Positions 48,101 through 57,419 of a stretch of 64,000 bases of DNA are shown here, one piece after another; position 1 is the first letter of the stretch; every line of letters starts with the position of its first letter. The stretch comes from Cyanophora paradoxa CCMP329. Lineage: Eukaryota; Plantae; Glaucophyta. The notes beneath the pieces were generated by a model. That model made no database searches. It had not been told where the DNA came from and was given only the letters and a program-made list of their open reading frames with translations. The stretch is taken from assembly GCA_004431415.1 (NCBI GenBank), contig QPMI01000003.1:168791-232790 (forward strand), given 5' to 3'. The position numbers and the translations under genes were made by a program.

Positions 48101-50088
48101 GGCTACGAACGCGTCCTTTGCCCACTTCACCTTCCGGGCCCCGCCAGGGAGCGAGGCCATGGCTGACGCGCGCTCTCCTGCCCGCCGCATCGGGTGCCGC
48201 AGCTGCTTCCCATCAACCGCGAGCGCGTTCGCTACCTCACGCCACCACGCAGGCTCGCTCTTCTGCAGCGTCCCCTTGGGCGCGCCCATGTACAGGTCCT
48301 GCCAGGTTCGCAGGGTCTCGCCGTCCGCTGCCGTCACCGCGTCCATGGTCGTCACGCCCGCCCCGTACAGGGCAGGGGCCGCGACGCTGAAGACGGATCT
48401 TGGGATGTGCATTGCCACGACGTAGCGCCGGTCGAGGCGCTCCGGGTCAGGCCAAGGCTCCGCCCCGGGCAAGGTGCGGAACGCCGCATAGCGCGCGTGA
48501 TTCGACATCAGCCGGTACTTACGGCGCTGCATTTGCGGCATGATCGCCGCCAGGGAGTTCCCGCGGGCGAGTTCGCTGGAGATGGGCGCGTTTAGGAACT
48601 CGGTCGGGAGCAGAGGCACCCCAAGCTTCTCCTGCAGTGCGCGCACCCGGTGCCGTACCCCCGAGCCAGCAGCGAGCCCTCGGGCGCGCAGAGCCGGATC
48701 TGAGCCTCTGTGATTTGCGCCTCCGCTTGCAGGTGGGCTGTTCGTTTGAGGCTGTACCCCCCGTGGCTCCAGATTGCGTAATTCGTCGTCGAGGCGGCGA
48801 GGTTCCCGTGGTGCTTGACGACCCTCATCCAAATACGATCGAGTTCCTGGCACTGACTCTCGCTCAGGGTCATGAGCTTCAGGCCGTACGAGATGCGGGC
48901 CTGCACTACGGCCTCGACAAGGTAGCAGGCCTCGTTCGCGGTGAGCTTCTTGCGTTCTATCAGCGCGACTGCGCCCCGCGCCTGATCGCAGATGTACTGC
49001 CACTGACGATCCCAGTTCAGGTTTGCGCTCATGTATACCCCGAGGAGCTTGAAGTGCTCTTGGGGCTGGCGGACAAGTCCGACGGGGGTACCGTTGATCT
49101 TCGGCGGGGAGGGCTGCTTCTCCTTCTTCTTCGCGGCGGGGTGGGCCCCAGGTTTGCTCTCAACTTCGCGACGTGCGTTGTTCCACGTGAAGATCGTCTT
49201 CTTCGCGTTGACCTCGATATCGTGCAGGCGGAAGAACTCGCCGGCCACGTCGGCCTGGGCCTGTAGCCCCGCATGCTTCCGCTCATCCACTTCGTGTCAT
49301 CGGCGTACGCCACGCCGCTGACGCGGGCCCGGCCCTCGCGTTCCGCAGCATCGGTCTCCCTCGGGTTCCCCATCACGTACGCCGTGCCCGGCTCCTCCCA
49401 GCTCTCGGGGTGGGCATAGTGCTCTATCGTCTTTGCCGTCTTCTTTCCGTGCTGGCGCTCGTGCTGATCCAGGCGCTCTTGCGCGCAGAGGAGGGCATCG
49501 TAGAAGATCAGCCAGTGCAGCGGCGACTCGACACCGCCCTGCGGCAGCCCGCACTCGAGCTCGAACTCGTCGGAGAGGCCGTGACCGGAGATTGCCCGCG
49601 CCCTGCGGCGCCGGAATATGTTCCTGTGGAGCTCGATGTACCCCTCGGGTACGTTCAGCCTCCGCATCGAGAGCTCCATGCTCTCCCACGAGACGGAGTC
49701 GTACGCTCGCCTGATATCCTGCAGCAGGATGTACAGGGGCTTCTTGAACTCCTTCGCGTCCTCGAGGACTGCGTTAAAGACGTGGAGGGCGTCGTCCGTC
49801 GAGCAACCAGGTCTGAAGCCGTAGTTGGCTCCTTTCAGGAGCCCGTTCTGATGGATTGTCCGGGACAGGCGCGCGTTCAGGAGGCCAGTGGTCAGCTTCA
49901 AGGCCACCTCCTGCAGGGTGATCGGTCGCAGGTTATTTTCGATATCCCCGTCCCACTCCCGGCTCTTAGTAATGCCGAGAATGTTGCCCTGACACACGGC
50001 ATCCGGCAGGTCCCGGAGGCGGATCGCTTCAGCCACCAGCGAGAGCAGCAGCTTCCGGCCCCAGTGTACGGGCTCCTCTTCCGTGGCC
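45170..50088 (-). mobile_element. LINE-B: 5'-truncated non-LTR retrotransposon related to LINE-A (4919 bp)
   Basis: 18-bp TSD AAGTACCGCACGATGCAA at 45152-45169 and 50089-50106; begins just upstream of the RT domain; GC-rich island inside the virus. Confidence 0.93.
45615..50088 (-). CDS. LINE-B truncated polyprotein: RT, RNase H, zinc knuckle (frameshifted)
   Basis: LRPITLQE, QDIRRAYDSV, GLPQGGVESP, YADD, FKLLGV, WTDGS, NKAELQA, HTDS, KVKAH, CALC...ETLEHVLTCP. Confidence 0.9.
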
Positions 50089-50210
50089 AAGTACCGCACG
50101 ATGCAAAAAATGATTAATTTTTTACCTCCCTTTTTATTCCCCGTATAGGTCAAAAAAGCACTTAAAGAATTGGCGACAAGGGTATGAAAAGGAGAATTTG
50201 GTAGATTGCG

Positions 50211-50230
50211 CCGAAATTATTTTCTCCGGT
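50211..50230 (+). promoter_or_regulatory. Conserved upstream motif CCGAAATTATTTTCTCCGGT
   Basis: Identical 20-mer at 55976-55995; partial copies at 44713-44727 and 40024-40035; each lies within about 45 nt of a viral ATG. Confidence 0.7.
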
Positions 50231-50252
50231 TATTTTAAAAGAACTAATAGAG

Positions 50253-53200
50253 ATGCCGCGCGCAACCAACAGAATCGCTAACAATGTTCGGGACGAAATT
50301 ATCGGATACATTATGCAGGGATTGAGTCAGGATTTGCTAACCGAAGAACAGGCGCATTGGGCGATGCACAACACAATGAATCGGAAGCCCAAGCTCCAAA
50401 CGCTGATAGATATTCGGGATACTCTGAATGGAATCATTAATCCCCGCGTTTTCCGCAGGGCAGAGCGGAAAGAGAAGCGCGCCGCTCGCACCCAAGTAAA
50501 TATAGAAAAGCAAAAGCAAAAAGAACAAGAGGCTAAGCGTTTACAGCGTTTCGATCGCAAGCAAGAAAAGAAGCGGGCGAAAGAAGCGAAGCTTGAAGCG
50601 AAGCAACAGAAAGGCAAACTAAAAGCGGTAGAGGATGCGATTAAACGCACTATTCTCGATCCAATCGCCCAATATGATCCGGAAACTCTCGCGACAGTTA
50701 CGTTCAAGATGTGGGCACCTGGATCCGGTGCTCGGTCTTCGGAGGTAATTGTTATTCCCGGAATTCCCGAATTAAATATACCAGACAGTTCCTTTGTCAC
50801 CTACCGCAATATAAGAGAGACAGTTTCGGTGAGTGTGTTGCGAAGCTTTGCTCTGGCGAAAATGGATAGAATGTCTCAAATTCTAATTAGACCGGGTCAA
50901 GTTCGTCATGATTGGCATGAGAGCGAATCAATCTTCTATTTACTCAAAAACTACGATGAATTGGCAGTAGGACTTAAAACTTTCGGCGAAGCATACGAGG
51001 TGTTCTTCTTTAAGACACCACCAACCGAGGAACAGAAAAGACTACGCCTAATGTTTGATGATTTTGGCGGCAGTATCGATGATGCCTTTATAACTGTTCA
51101 TGAGGTCGCGATCGATGGGGACGAAGGTGTCGAGGACGATGGAGCCGGTGCTATTCCTGGAAATCGCTATGAGTTCCTGGATGAGGAGCTAATGGACAGC
51201 ATGCGATGCACCGCGATTATGAGCAAATTCACAGACTACACATTAAATCCAAACGCGTCTGAGTTCGAAGATGTTATTGAGCTTCCCAAATCATCGACAT
51301 CTAACGCTTGCGGCTATGATATGATCATCTCCACATGGGGAGCGTCCATTAAAAAGTGTCAGGAGGCGCCGAAACCGCGATATACTGACTTTACTATGTC
51401 ATACGACGGTCTCTATAAATTCTTTCACGGTCGCGAACGCACACCTGGCGACTCTCTGGCTCTCACCCTCCGCCATATTGAGAAATTCTGTCAGAGAATT
51501 CAGACAGGCTTCCGCGTCTTTGATGTCGACGGAAAGTTAATATACAAATTCGTGGCAGAATCGATTAACAAAAACATCTTTCCCCGCAATATTCACTTTA
51601 TGATTCACAACAAGCATATCTATATATTCAACGATAACATCAAGTCGCTCGAAATGCGCATGGCGAAGATGGAGGTCGAAGAGCTTGACTGTCATGTTCC
51701 CAAGTCGACCTCATCGTTAGCACTCTACAAAATTCCGACTTGTCTGACTCACGATATCTTTGCGCACACATCCAAGGATTTGTTAAAGATCACGCAATTA
51801 AAACTATCGCCCGACGAGCGCAGTTTCATCCGCATTCTTTATACTGGGCGCGAAGGTCTGGAAGGTCTTCTATTTACGTTCCTGAAAATGCGATATGAGC
51901 CCGCTGTGAAGCTAACACCATCGAAGCAGATCGACAGCATCACATTCAAAGCTAATGGCTCGATGTTCTCTATCAAAGACCCACGCACAACCGACCACTT
52001 CATTGAGCAAGATTTCGAAACAGAGGAGTATTATAATAAGGTCTGTGAAATCGGTAAGGGGTTCCGGGAGTCGCTTCTAAATCCGACGAATATCTCACAT
52101 TACAGCCCGAACATGCGCGAAATTCTCACGCACTACAAGCGATCCGCACTAAGCGGCTTTTTCTATAAGCCGAACCCGAAAGCCACCTACACAGCTGTCG
52201 ATATGGCGAAGTGCTACCCTTCGATACTGAAAGGCATGCAATATCTTCCGAAATACAATGTGTTTGATGACTTCGTTCCCTTTAAAGCGGGAAGCGATAT
52301 TCTCGAATACGCGATCTACTACGTGCGTGTCGTTGCGTTTGAGAGAGAGCAAGCGACTTTCGCCGACGATGAGGATGTAGATTATGATGCCGCCATGTCT
52401 CGCAAGATTGATGGAATCGAAATTATTCTGGATCGCGCATTTTCCGTGAGTGGTCGTTGCTATAATTTCATGACAGGCTACACTCTCGCCATGCATTGGG
52501 CGGACGTAAAGGACAAGATAGAGATCATTGCGGTCGCGGAGCCTTCGCATTTGGTGCCCAATACGTCGATCGCTGAGATGAAGAAAGTACTTTCAAGTGA
52601 CATTCAAACCACGGACAAGAAACACATTTTAGTGAAAGAGATCGGAATGCTCGGCAAATTCCAAGACTTGCAAACGTCCACGAAAATGTTCTACAACCGT
52701 GCCGAAGCTGAGAGGTTCGCCAAAGAATGCGGAGGAACAGTGGAGGTGTTTACTTTCAATCCGAAGAATTCGAAACGTGTCAAAGCACTTAGCGAATTCG
52801 AAGGTCACATCTATTTTGTTAAGATCAGCTCTCACCGCGAGCTTGTTAACGGATTCCTTCCTATCCACTTTCAAATTTACGATCGCAACCGCGCTAATAT
52901 GTTTGCGCAATACAAGCGCCTGACAGCGCGCGGGCACAAGGTTGCGGGGATCAGAACGGACTGTCTATATATCGAAGGTTCATGGACGAGTAAAAAAGAG
53001 TTCGACCGAAATGCGTTTGAGAACATGGGCAAATTCAGCTATATTCCCGGGAAAAGATGCCCTGAAAACGCACTACGCCCGCCAAGGGGTGTAACTCTCG
53101 AATTTCAGGATCCCGATACGCTAATTAACCGGTTCTCGCTAAGGGATGAATTTAATCCTGAGTGCTTTAATCGGGTTGCGGAGCTTCATAATCGTATGCT

Positions 53201-54569
53201 TGTCCTTGCTGACATGCCCGGAAGTGGAAAGTCGACCCTCGGTATTAATTGCTTCGCCTCTCAGAAGTCGAATTGCTTAATTATCTGTCCCTATAACAAA
53301 CAGTGCGCAGAGCTTAGGGACTCTCTCAAAGCCCGCGGCATTGAGAATATCGTCGTTCGTACTTTGTATAATGTTCTCGGGATCCGTGTCTCAAATGATC
53401 AGACCTACGAAGAGGCTATGAGCGAAAAAGATCAGAGGGCGTTCGTCTCTGAGTTCAGCCATATAATGTTCGACGAGATATTCGCGTATTCCGTAAAGGA
53501 TCTCGCTAAGATCAAGACTTTCATAGACCGCTATCCGGATATCAAATATTTGGCTAATGGCGATACCTATCAAAACGAACCAATTAATGACGATCTCTCG
53601 GTTTCTGATCGCAAGGGCTACTATAAGCGCGCCGTGCAAAGCATGTTCCCTAACGTTCTGAGTCTACGCATTAACAAGCGGCACAAGAAGGAGACAGACC
53701 GTGAATTAATTCGGGCGATTAAAGAGGATCTCTTCGAAAACGGACTCGAAGCCGCTCAGATTATCTCGAAATATGGGTTGCCGACAATTAATGATCTAAG
53801 CGCTATTCCCGACGGCTACTTTGGCATCGCTTACAGAAACGAAATGACCTTAGCCTATAACAAACTGATGCACGATAGACGAAAAGTAAATATCGCAACC
53901 GTAGAGGTCAATGGCATCAAATTCTACAAGGGTTTGGAAGTCGTTTGTCGCAGGTATATGCGCATTTCGCGATCCGAAGGCGAGTCTGTTAATGCATACA
54001 CGAATTACACCTACCGGATCACCAAAATCACTAAGCAAATGGTCACATTAACTGACGTTTTCGATGGCGTCACGTTCGAGGTTCCGTGTGCGATGTTAGA
54101 ACATTTTTCTCTCCCTTATGCAGGAACAGGTCATTCAACGCAAGGTCTCACACTTGATTCGGGCATTGTCATTTGTGAGGCTACGTTCCGCTATACCACT
54201 CGCGAATGGTTCTATACCGCGCTCACTCGTAACCGCGATCTGTCTACTGTGCTGATTTATACACCGATTCACAAGTTCCAAGGAAAGCACGACTATATTG
54301 AATATCTGAAAGTGAAGATCCGCGGCTATAAATGTCAGGATCAGCGTGCCGGGCGCGATTTCGACGAAGCGGATTATATTACGCCGGAGTGGATATTAGA
54401 GCGCAAGAAGCAACAGAAGGGCGCCTGTGCGATCTGTTCCCTTCCTATTCCCACTGAGCCACAGGATCCGAATTACAAGCTCGTCGTGGATCGCATAAAC
54501 AACAGGCGCCCACACCTTAAAGACAATTGTCAGCTCGTGCATCACGGGTGCAATTGCAGCAAAAAATAA
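50253..54569 (+). CDS. Replication protein: derived family-B polymerase domain + SF1 helicase + C-terminal HNH/EndoVII-like zinc module
   Basis: PolB-like motifs VDMAKCYPSIL, KHILVKEIGMLGK, IRTDCLY. SF1 motifs DMPGSGKST, FDEI, GDTYQNEP, NKR, YAGTGHSTQGLT, YTALTR. C-terminus CAIC...VDRINNRRPHLKDNCQLVHHGCN. Confidence 0.85.
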   Translation: MPRATNRIANNVRDEIIGYIMQGLSQDLLTEEQAHWAMHNTMNRKPKLQTLIDIRDTLNGIINPRVFRRAERKEKRAARTQVNIEKQKQKEQEAKRLQRFDRKQEKKRAKEAKLEAKQQKGKLKAVEDAIKRTILDPIAQYDPETLATVTFKMWAPGSGARSSEVIVIPGIPELNIPDSSFVTYRNIRETVSVSVLRSFALAKMDRMSQILIRPGQVRHDWHESESIFYLLKNYDELAVGLKTFGEAYEVFFFKTPPTEEQKRLRLMFDDFGGSIDDAFITVHEVAIDGDEGVEDDGAGAIPGNRYEFLDEELMDSMRCTAIMSKFTDYTLNPNASEFEDVIELPKSSTSNACGYDMIISTWGASIKKCQEAPKPRYTDFTMSYDGLYKFFHGRERTPGDSLALTLRHIEKFCQRIQTGFRVFDVDGKLIYKFVAESINKNIFPRNIHFMIHNKHIYIFNDNIKSLEMRMAKMEVEELDCHVPKSTSSLALYKIPTCLTHDIFAHTSKDLLKITQLKLSPDERSFIRILYTGREGLEGLLFTFLKMRYEPAVKLTPSKQIDSITFKANGSMFSIKDPRTTDHFIEQDFETEEYYNKVCEIGKGFRESLLNPTNISHYSPNMREILTHYKRSALSGFFYKPNPKATYTAVDMAKCYPSILKGMQYLPKYNVFDDFVPFKAGSDILEYAIYYVRVVAFEREQATFADDEDVDYDAAMSRKIDGIEIILDRAFSVSGRCYNFMTGYTLAMHWADVKDKIEIIAVAEPSHLVPNTSIAEMKKVLSSDIQTTDKKHILVKEIGMLGKFQDLQTSTKMFYNRAEAERFAKECGGTVEVFTFNPKNSKRVKALSEFEGHIYFVKISSHRELVNGFLPIHFQIYDRNRANMFAQYKRLTARGHKVAGIRTDCLYIEGSWTSKKEFDRNAFENMGKFSYIPGKRCPENALRPPRGVTLEFQDPDTLINRFSLRDEFNPECFNRVAELHNRMLVLADMPGSGKSTLGINCFASQKSNCLIICPYNKQCAELRDSLKARGIENIVVRTLYNVLGIRVSNDQTYEEAMSEKDQRAFVSEFSHIMFDEIFAYSVKDLAKIKTFIDRYPDIKYLANGDTYQNEPINDDLSVSDRKGYYKRAVQSMFPNVLSLRINKRHKKETDRELIRAIKEDLFENGLEAAQIISKYGLPTINDLSAIPDGYFGIAYRNEMTLAYNKLMHDRRKVNIATVEVNGIKFYKGLEVVCRRYMRISRSEGESVNAYTNYTYRITKITKQMVTLTDVFDGVTFEVPCAMLEHFSLPYAGTGHSTQGLTLDSGIVICEATFRYTTREWFYTALTRNRDLSTVLIYTPIHKFQGKHDYIEYLKVKIRGYKCQDQRAGRDFDEADYITPEWILERKKQQKGACAICSLPIPTEPQDPNYKLVVDRINNRRPHLKDNCQLVHHGCNCSKK

Positions 54570-54587
54570 ACAGGTTTAATTAGAAGA

Positions 54588-55969
54588 ATGTCACGGATCG
54601 TCAGAAGGGTAGCGGGTGAGGAGACAGAGACTACCATACTCCCTATTGCGGTTCCTGAAACTGAGCTAATCCCCAAAAAATTACAAAACGCCAAGCAAAA
54701 TCAAATTTATTAGGAGATGTTACTTTTAGCATTGCTAACCCGTCCTCTAAGATCGTGCGACGCATGTATGACCCAAAGACAGGTTTTAAGAACCCATCGG
54801 CATTGTACGAAGAGCTGAGAAAAGAGGACAAGAGCCTCACACTGAAAGAAGTGCAAGATGTCGCAGCGAAACAAGAATTTATGCAGATCAACAAGAAGCC
54901 CCCCGCACCAACCCAAACCGCTTTTATTCCCATCACAGCCCCGCCGTGGTGTTACCAAGCGGATCTCATTTTTTATCTCTCATATGGCAATTATAATTCC
55001 GGCTACATTGCAGTCCTTACTCTCATCGAGATGACAAGCCGAAAAGCATATGCCAAGAAGTTAAAGAATAAGGAGGGCGCAAGTGTTGCCGCCGCTTTTG
55101 CGGAGATGCTCACAGAGCTCCCGGCTCCGATGATTCGATTGGAGACAGATAACGGTTCTGAATTCATCGCAAAGGAGTTTCAGGAGGTCGTCAAAAGCAA
55201 TGGAATAGAGCATCGCTTCAAGCAGGTCGGAGATCACACTTCGCTGGGAATTATGAATCGCTTTCATTTGACCCTAAAAACGATGATAAACAATTACTGT
55301 GTCGCATATAATACAGTGCGGTTCATGGACAAGCTGGACGACTTCGTTTTCAATTATAACAACACCGTTCACAGAACAATAGGAATGAAGCCCGCAGATG
55401 TTAAGCTCTCAGATATGGAGCGGATCCGCGCGGCTATTATTTCGAGAAAGAATACGATCGTCAAGGATATATTCAGCGACTTTAAACCGGGGCTCCACGT
55501 CCGCGTATTGTTGCCAAGATCAAAGTTCGATAAAGGAGCGACTCAAAGGTACAGCCGAGAGGTCTACAAAATTGCGGGAAGGAGAGGAAACGCGATAGAG
55601 GTGCAAGATGCAGCCGGGAACCTAATGCCGAAGCTTTTTAAACCGCACGAATTGCAGATCATTACAGAGGTCGAGGCTGTGGTGGAACCATCAGGCAACG
55701 CAATCAAAGCAGCCGAAATAGAAGCCGCTTCTATCCGGCAGGTTCAAAAAGAAGGCATAGATGTCGCCGCAAGTGTTCCGAAAGGGGCTCTATTGGAAGA
55801 TCGCGCGGAGAAGACGAAGAGGGCGCTTAGAGAGCTTGCAAAACTCACGATCGCGGGAACTGAGAAGCTCTCTGAGGTAAACAGTCAGCGGTGGTATAAA
55901 TCATTCAAGAATCAGAGCGCAAGCTATACAGCCCCTACTACGCGCATTCTTCGGTCATCTCGTTCATAA
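54588..55969 (+). CDS. Polinton-type retroviral-like (rve) integrase
   Basis: YQADL, LIEMTSRKAY, TDNGSEF, GIMNRFHLTLK, YNNTVHRTIGMKP, FDKG...YSREVYKI. Likely ATG at 54588 with one missing A in the run near 54675. Confidence 0.88.
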
Positions 55970-55975
55970 CAAACC

Positions 55976-55995
55976 CCGAAATTATTTTCTCCGGT
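55976..55995 (+). promoter_or_regulatory. Second exact copy of CCGAAATTATTTTCTCCGGT
   Basis: Ends 13 nt upstream of ATG 56009. Confidence 0.7.
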
Positions 55996-56008
55996 GAATA
56001 TAAAAGAG

Positions 56009-56321
56009 ATGGAGGGTGAAAAGCATTTCGTGGATATTCCCTATGATAAAAAGACGTTGCGAAATCCCTCGGTGAAAGTGGGATCGTGAGAATTCATGCT
56101 GGTATGTCACGAAGAAAGATCACCCGCTATGCTCTCAGTTCAAGACTCTAAGCTATGAGCAGGTGTATCAGAGAAACGTGAAGGTTTACCTCGATATTCC
56201 TTATGAATTTAAGGATCAAGCGAAGGCTGAGAGAGCCCGCTGGGATCCCGTTATGCGATGCTGGTATGTTATGGGTCTCGATCACCCGCTAATGGGCAAG
56301 TTTCCGATCAAGGAACACTAA
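56009..56321 (+). CDS. Small protein with two DUF5710-like repeats (frameshifted)
   Basis: FVDIPYDKK...KWDRENSCWYV and YLDIPYEFKDQAKAERARWDPVMRCWYV; not in the ORF track because of short indels. Confidence 0.68.
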
Positions 56322-56346
56322 ATGTATATGTCGCTTTCTTCATTTT

Positions 56347-56737
56347 TTATGAAATTGGGAACCTTTGCTCTACTTGTAAGTCCCACTTTCGAACTTTCAG
56401 CCTTTCTTGTATGAGTTCGTTAATGTCCCGTGCTATACCCATTGTCTTCGCTTCGGCATTTGAGCCGCATGTAAAGATATCGATCGCTAATAGCCCCTGT
56501 CGCTATAAGAGTGAGCTGTGGCATGCGACTCATCTAATAGAAAGCCAATCGCGAAACCGGGAGGGGAATTAGAGCCGTCAAAATGCATGTGTGCTGGTGC
56601 ACGATGCGCATCTTGCGATCTGTTATATATTGCGACAGGTTCGCTGTGATCCACTCGGCGCATGCCTCCGGGGACTCGGTGAACGGGTCGGTTATATAGT
56701 CAAGCATGACGTGGTAGCCGCGGTATTTGGAATCCAT
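56347..56737 (-). CDS. speD: Prokaryotic-type S-adenosylmethionine decarboxylase proenzyme (about 130 aa; two single-base homopolymer shifts)
   Basis: Restored: MDSKYRGYHVMLDY...MRIVHQHTCIFDGSNSPPGFAIGFLLDESHATAHSYSDRGLLAIDIFTCGSN...QRFPIS*; ESH self-cleavage motif and DIFTCG. Confidence 0.85.
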
Positions 56738-57190
56738 TATTATTTAAGTCGATATTTTTGTGAGCTATGAGCTGTGTGTGCTTTTGTAGCGCCAAATCGC
56801 GCCCTTTGCGAATCCGACCGCGCCGCTTTGTAACAGTGTAGAACTACTCTATACCCACACGGATGCAAAGTATGACTAGTGGAGCCTCATGGGAACGCGC
56901 GCCGGCGCTCAGAATGTAGCGGACACCTCGGTTTTCGGGCACTTGTGCAGAAATCGACGCCGGTCTTTGCTCCACGGTGGGCTAAGCTAGTCAAAGCATA
57001 ACCATCATGCCCGGAAGCAAGTTATGAGCACGTAGCAATTGAGAGCGCGCCGAGATCAGCTTCCTGTCCAAAGTTATGCGGGGAAAACGGAAGGGGGGGT
57101 CGCCGCCGAGTCGCGATCGCCAACATTTGACGGCGGCTATTATACTTCTAACTGAGCATTTGAAAGGTATAACAGACCTACTGTAAGGCT

Positions 57191-57398
57191 TAGTTTCGGC
57201 GTAATGTCGGCTGACAGGGTGATAGTTTCGGCGTAATGTCGGCTGACAGGGTGATAGTTTCGGCGTAATGTCGGCTGACAGGGTGATAGTTTCGGCGTAA
57301 TGTCGGCTGACAGGGTGATAGTTTCGGCGTAATGTCGGCTGACAGGGTGATAGTTTCGGCGTAATGTCGGCTGACAGGGTGATAGTTTCGGCGTAATG
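57191..57398. repeat. Perfect 32-bp tandem repeat, 6.5 copies
   Basis: Unit TAGTTTCGGCGTAATGTCGGCTGACAGGGTGA at 57191, 57223, 57255, 57287, 57319, 57351, and partial at 57383; no spacers. Confidence 0.97.
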
Positions 57399-57419
57399 AA
57401 AAAACGAGAGAGAGCCCAC

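Larger units (their letters stand above)
18512..57092. mobile_element. Endogenous Polinton-like virus 1 (about 22.9 kb after removing three nested retroelements)
   Basis: Abrupt switch from very GC-rich host DNA to AT-richer, intronless, densely packed genes at about 18520. Contains MCP, two pentons, packaging ATPase, rve integrase, PolB-like/helicase and fibres. No adenain-type protease was recognised. Both ends are inferred (no TIR pair in the window); the right boundary is uncertain. Confidence 0.88.

Noticed and set aside
18512-57092. Classification as a canonical Polinton/Maverick or Lavidaviridae virophage
   Set aside because: No adenain-like cysteine protease or canonical pPolB (DTDS plus exonuclease) was recognised; PLV-like is the safer call.
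56740-57190. Right terminal inverted repeat of virus 1
   Set aside because: No reverse-complement match to 18512-18870 was found by eye, and no convincing TSD.
57191-57398. CRISPR array
   Set aside because: The 32-bp units are directly adjacent with no unique spacers, no cas genes are present, and the context is eukaryotic.
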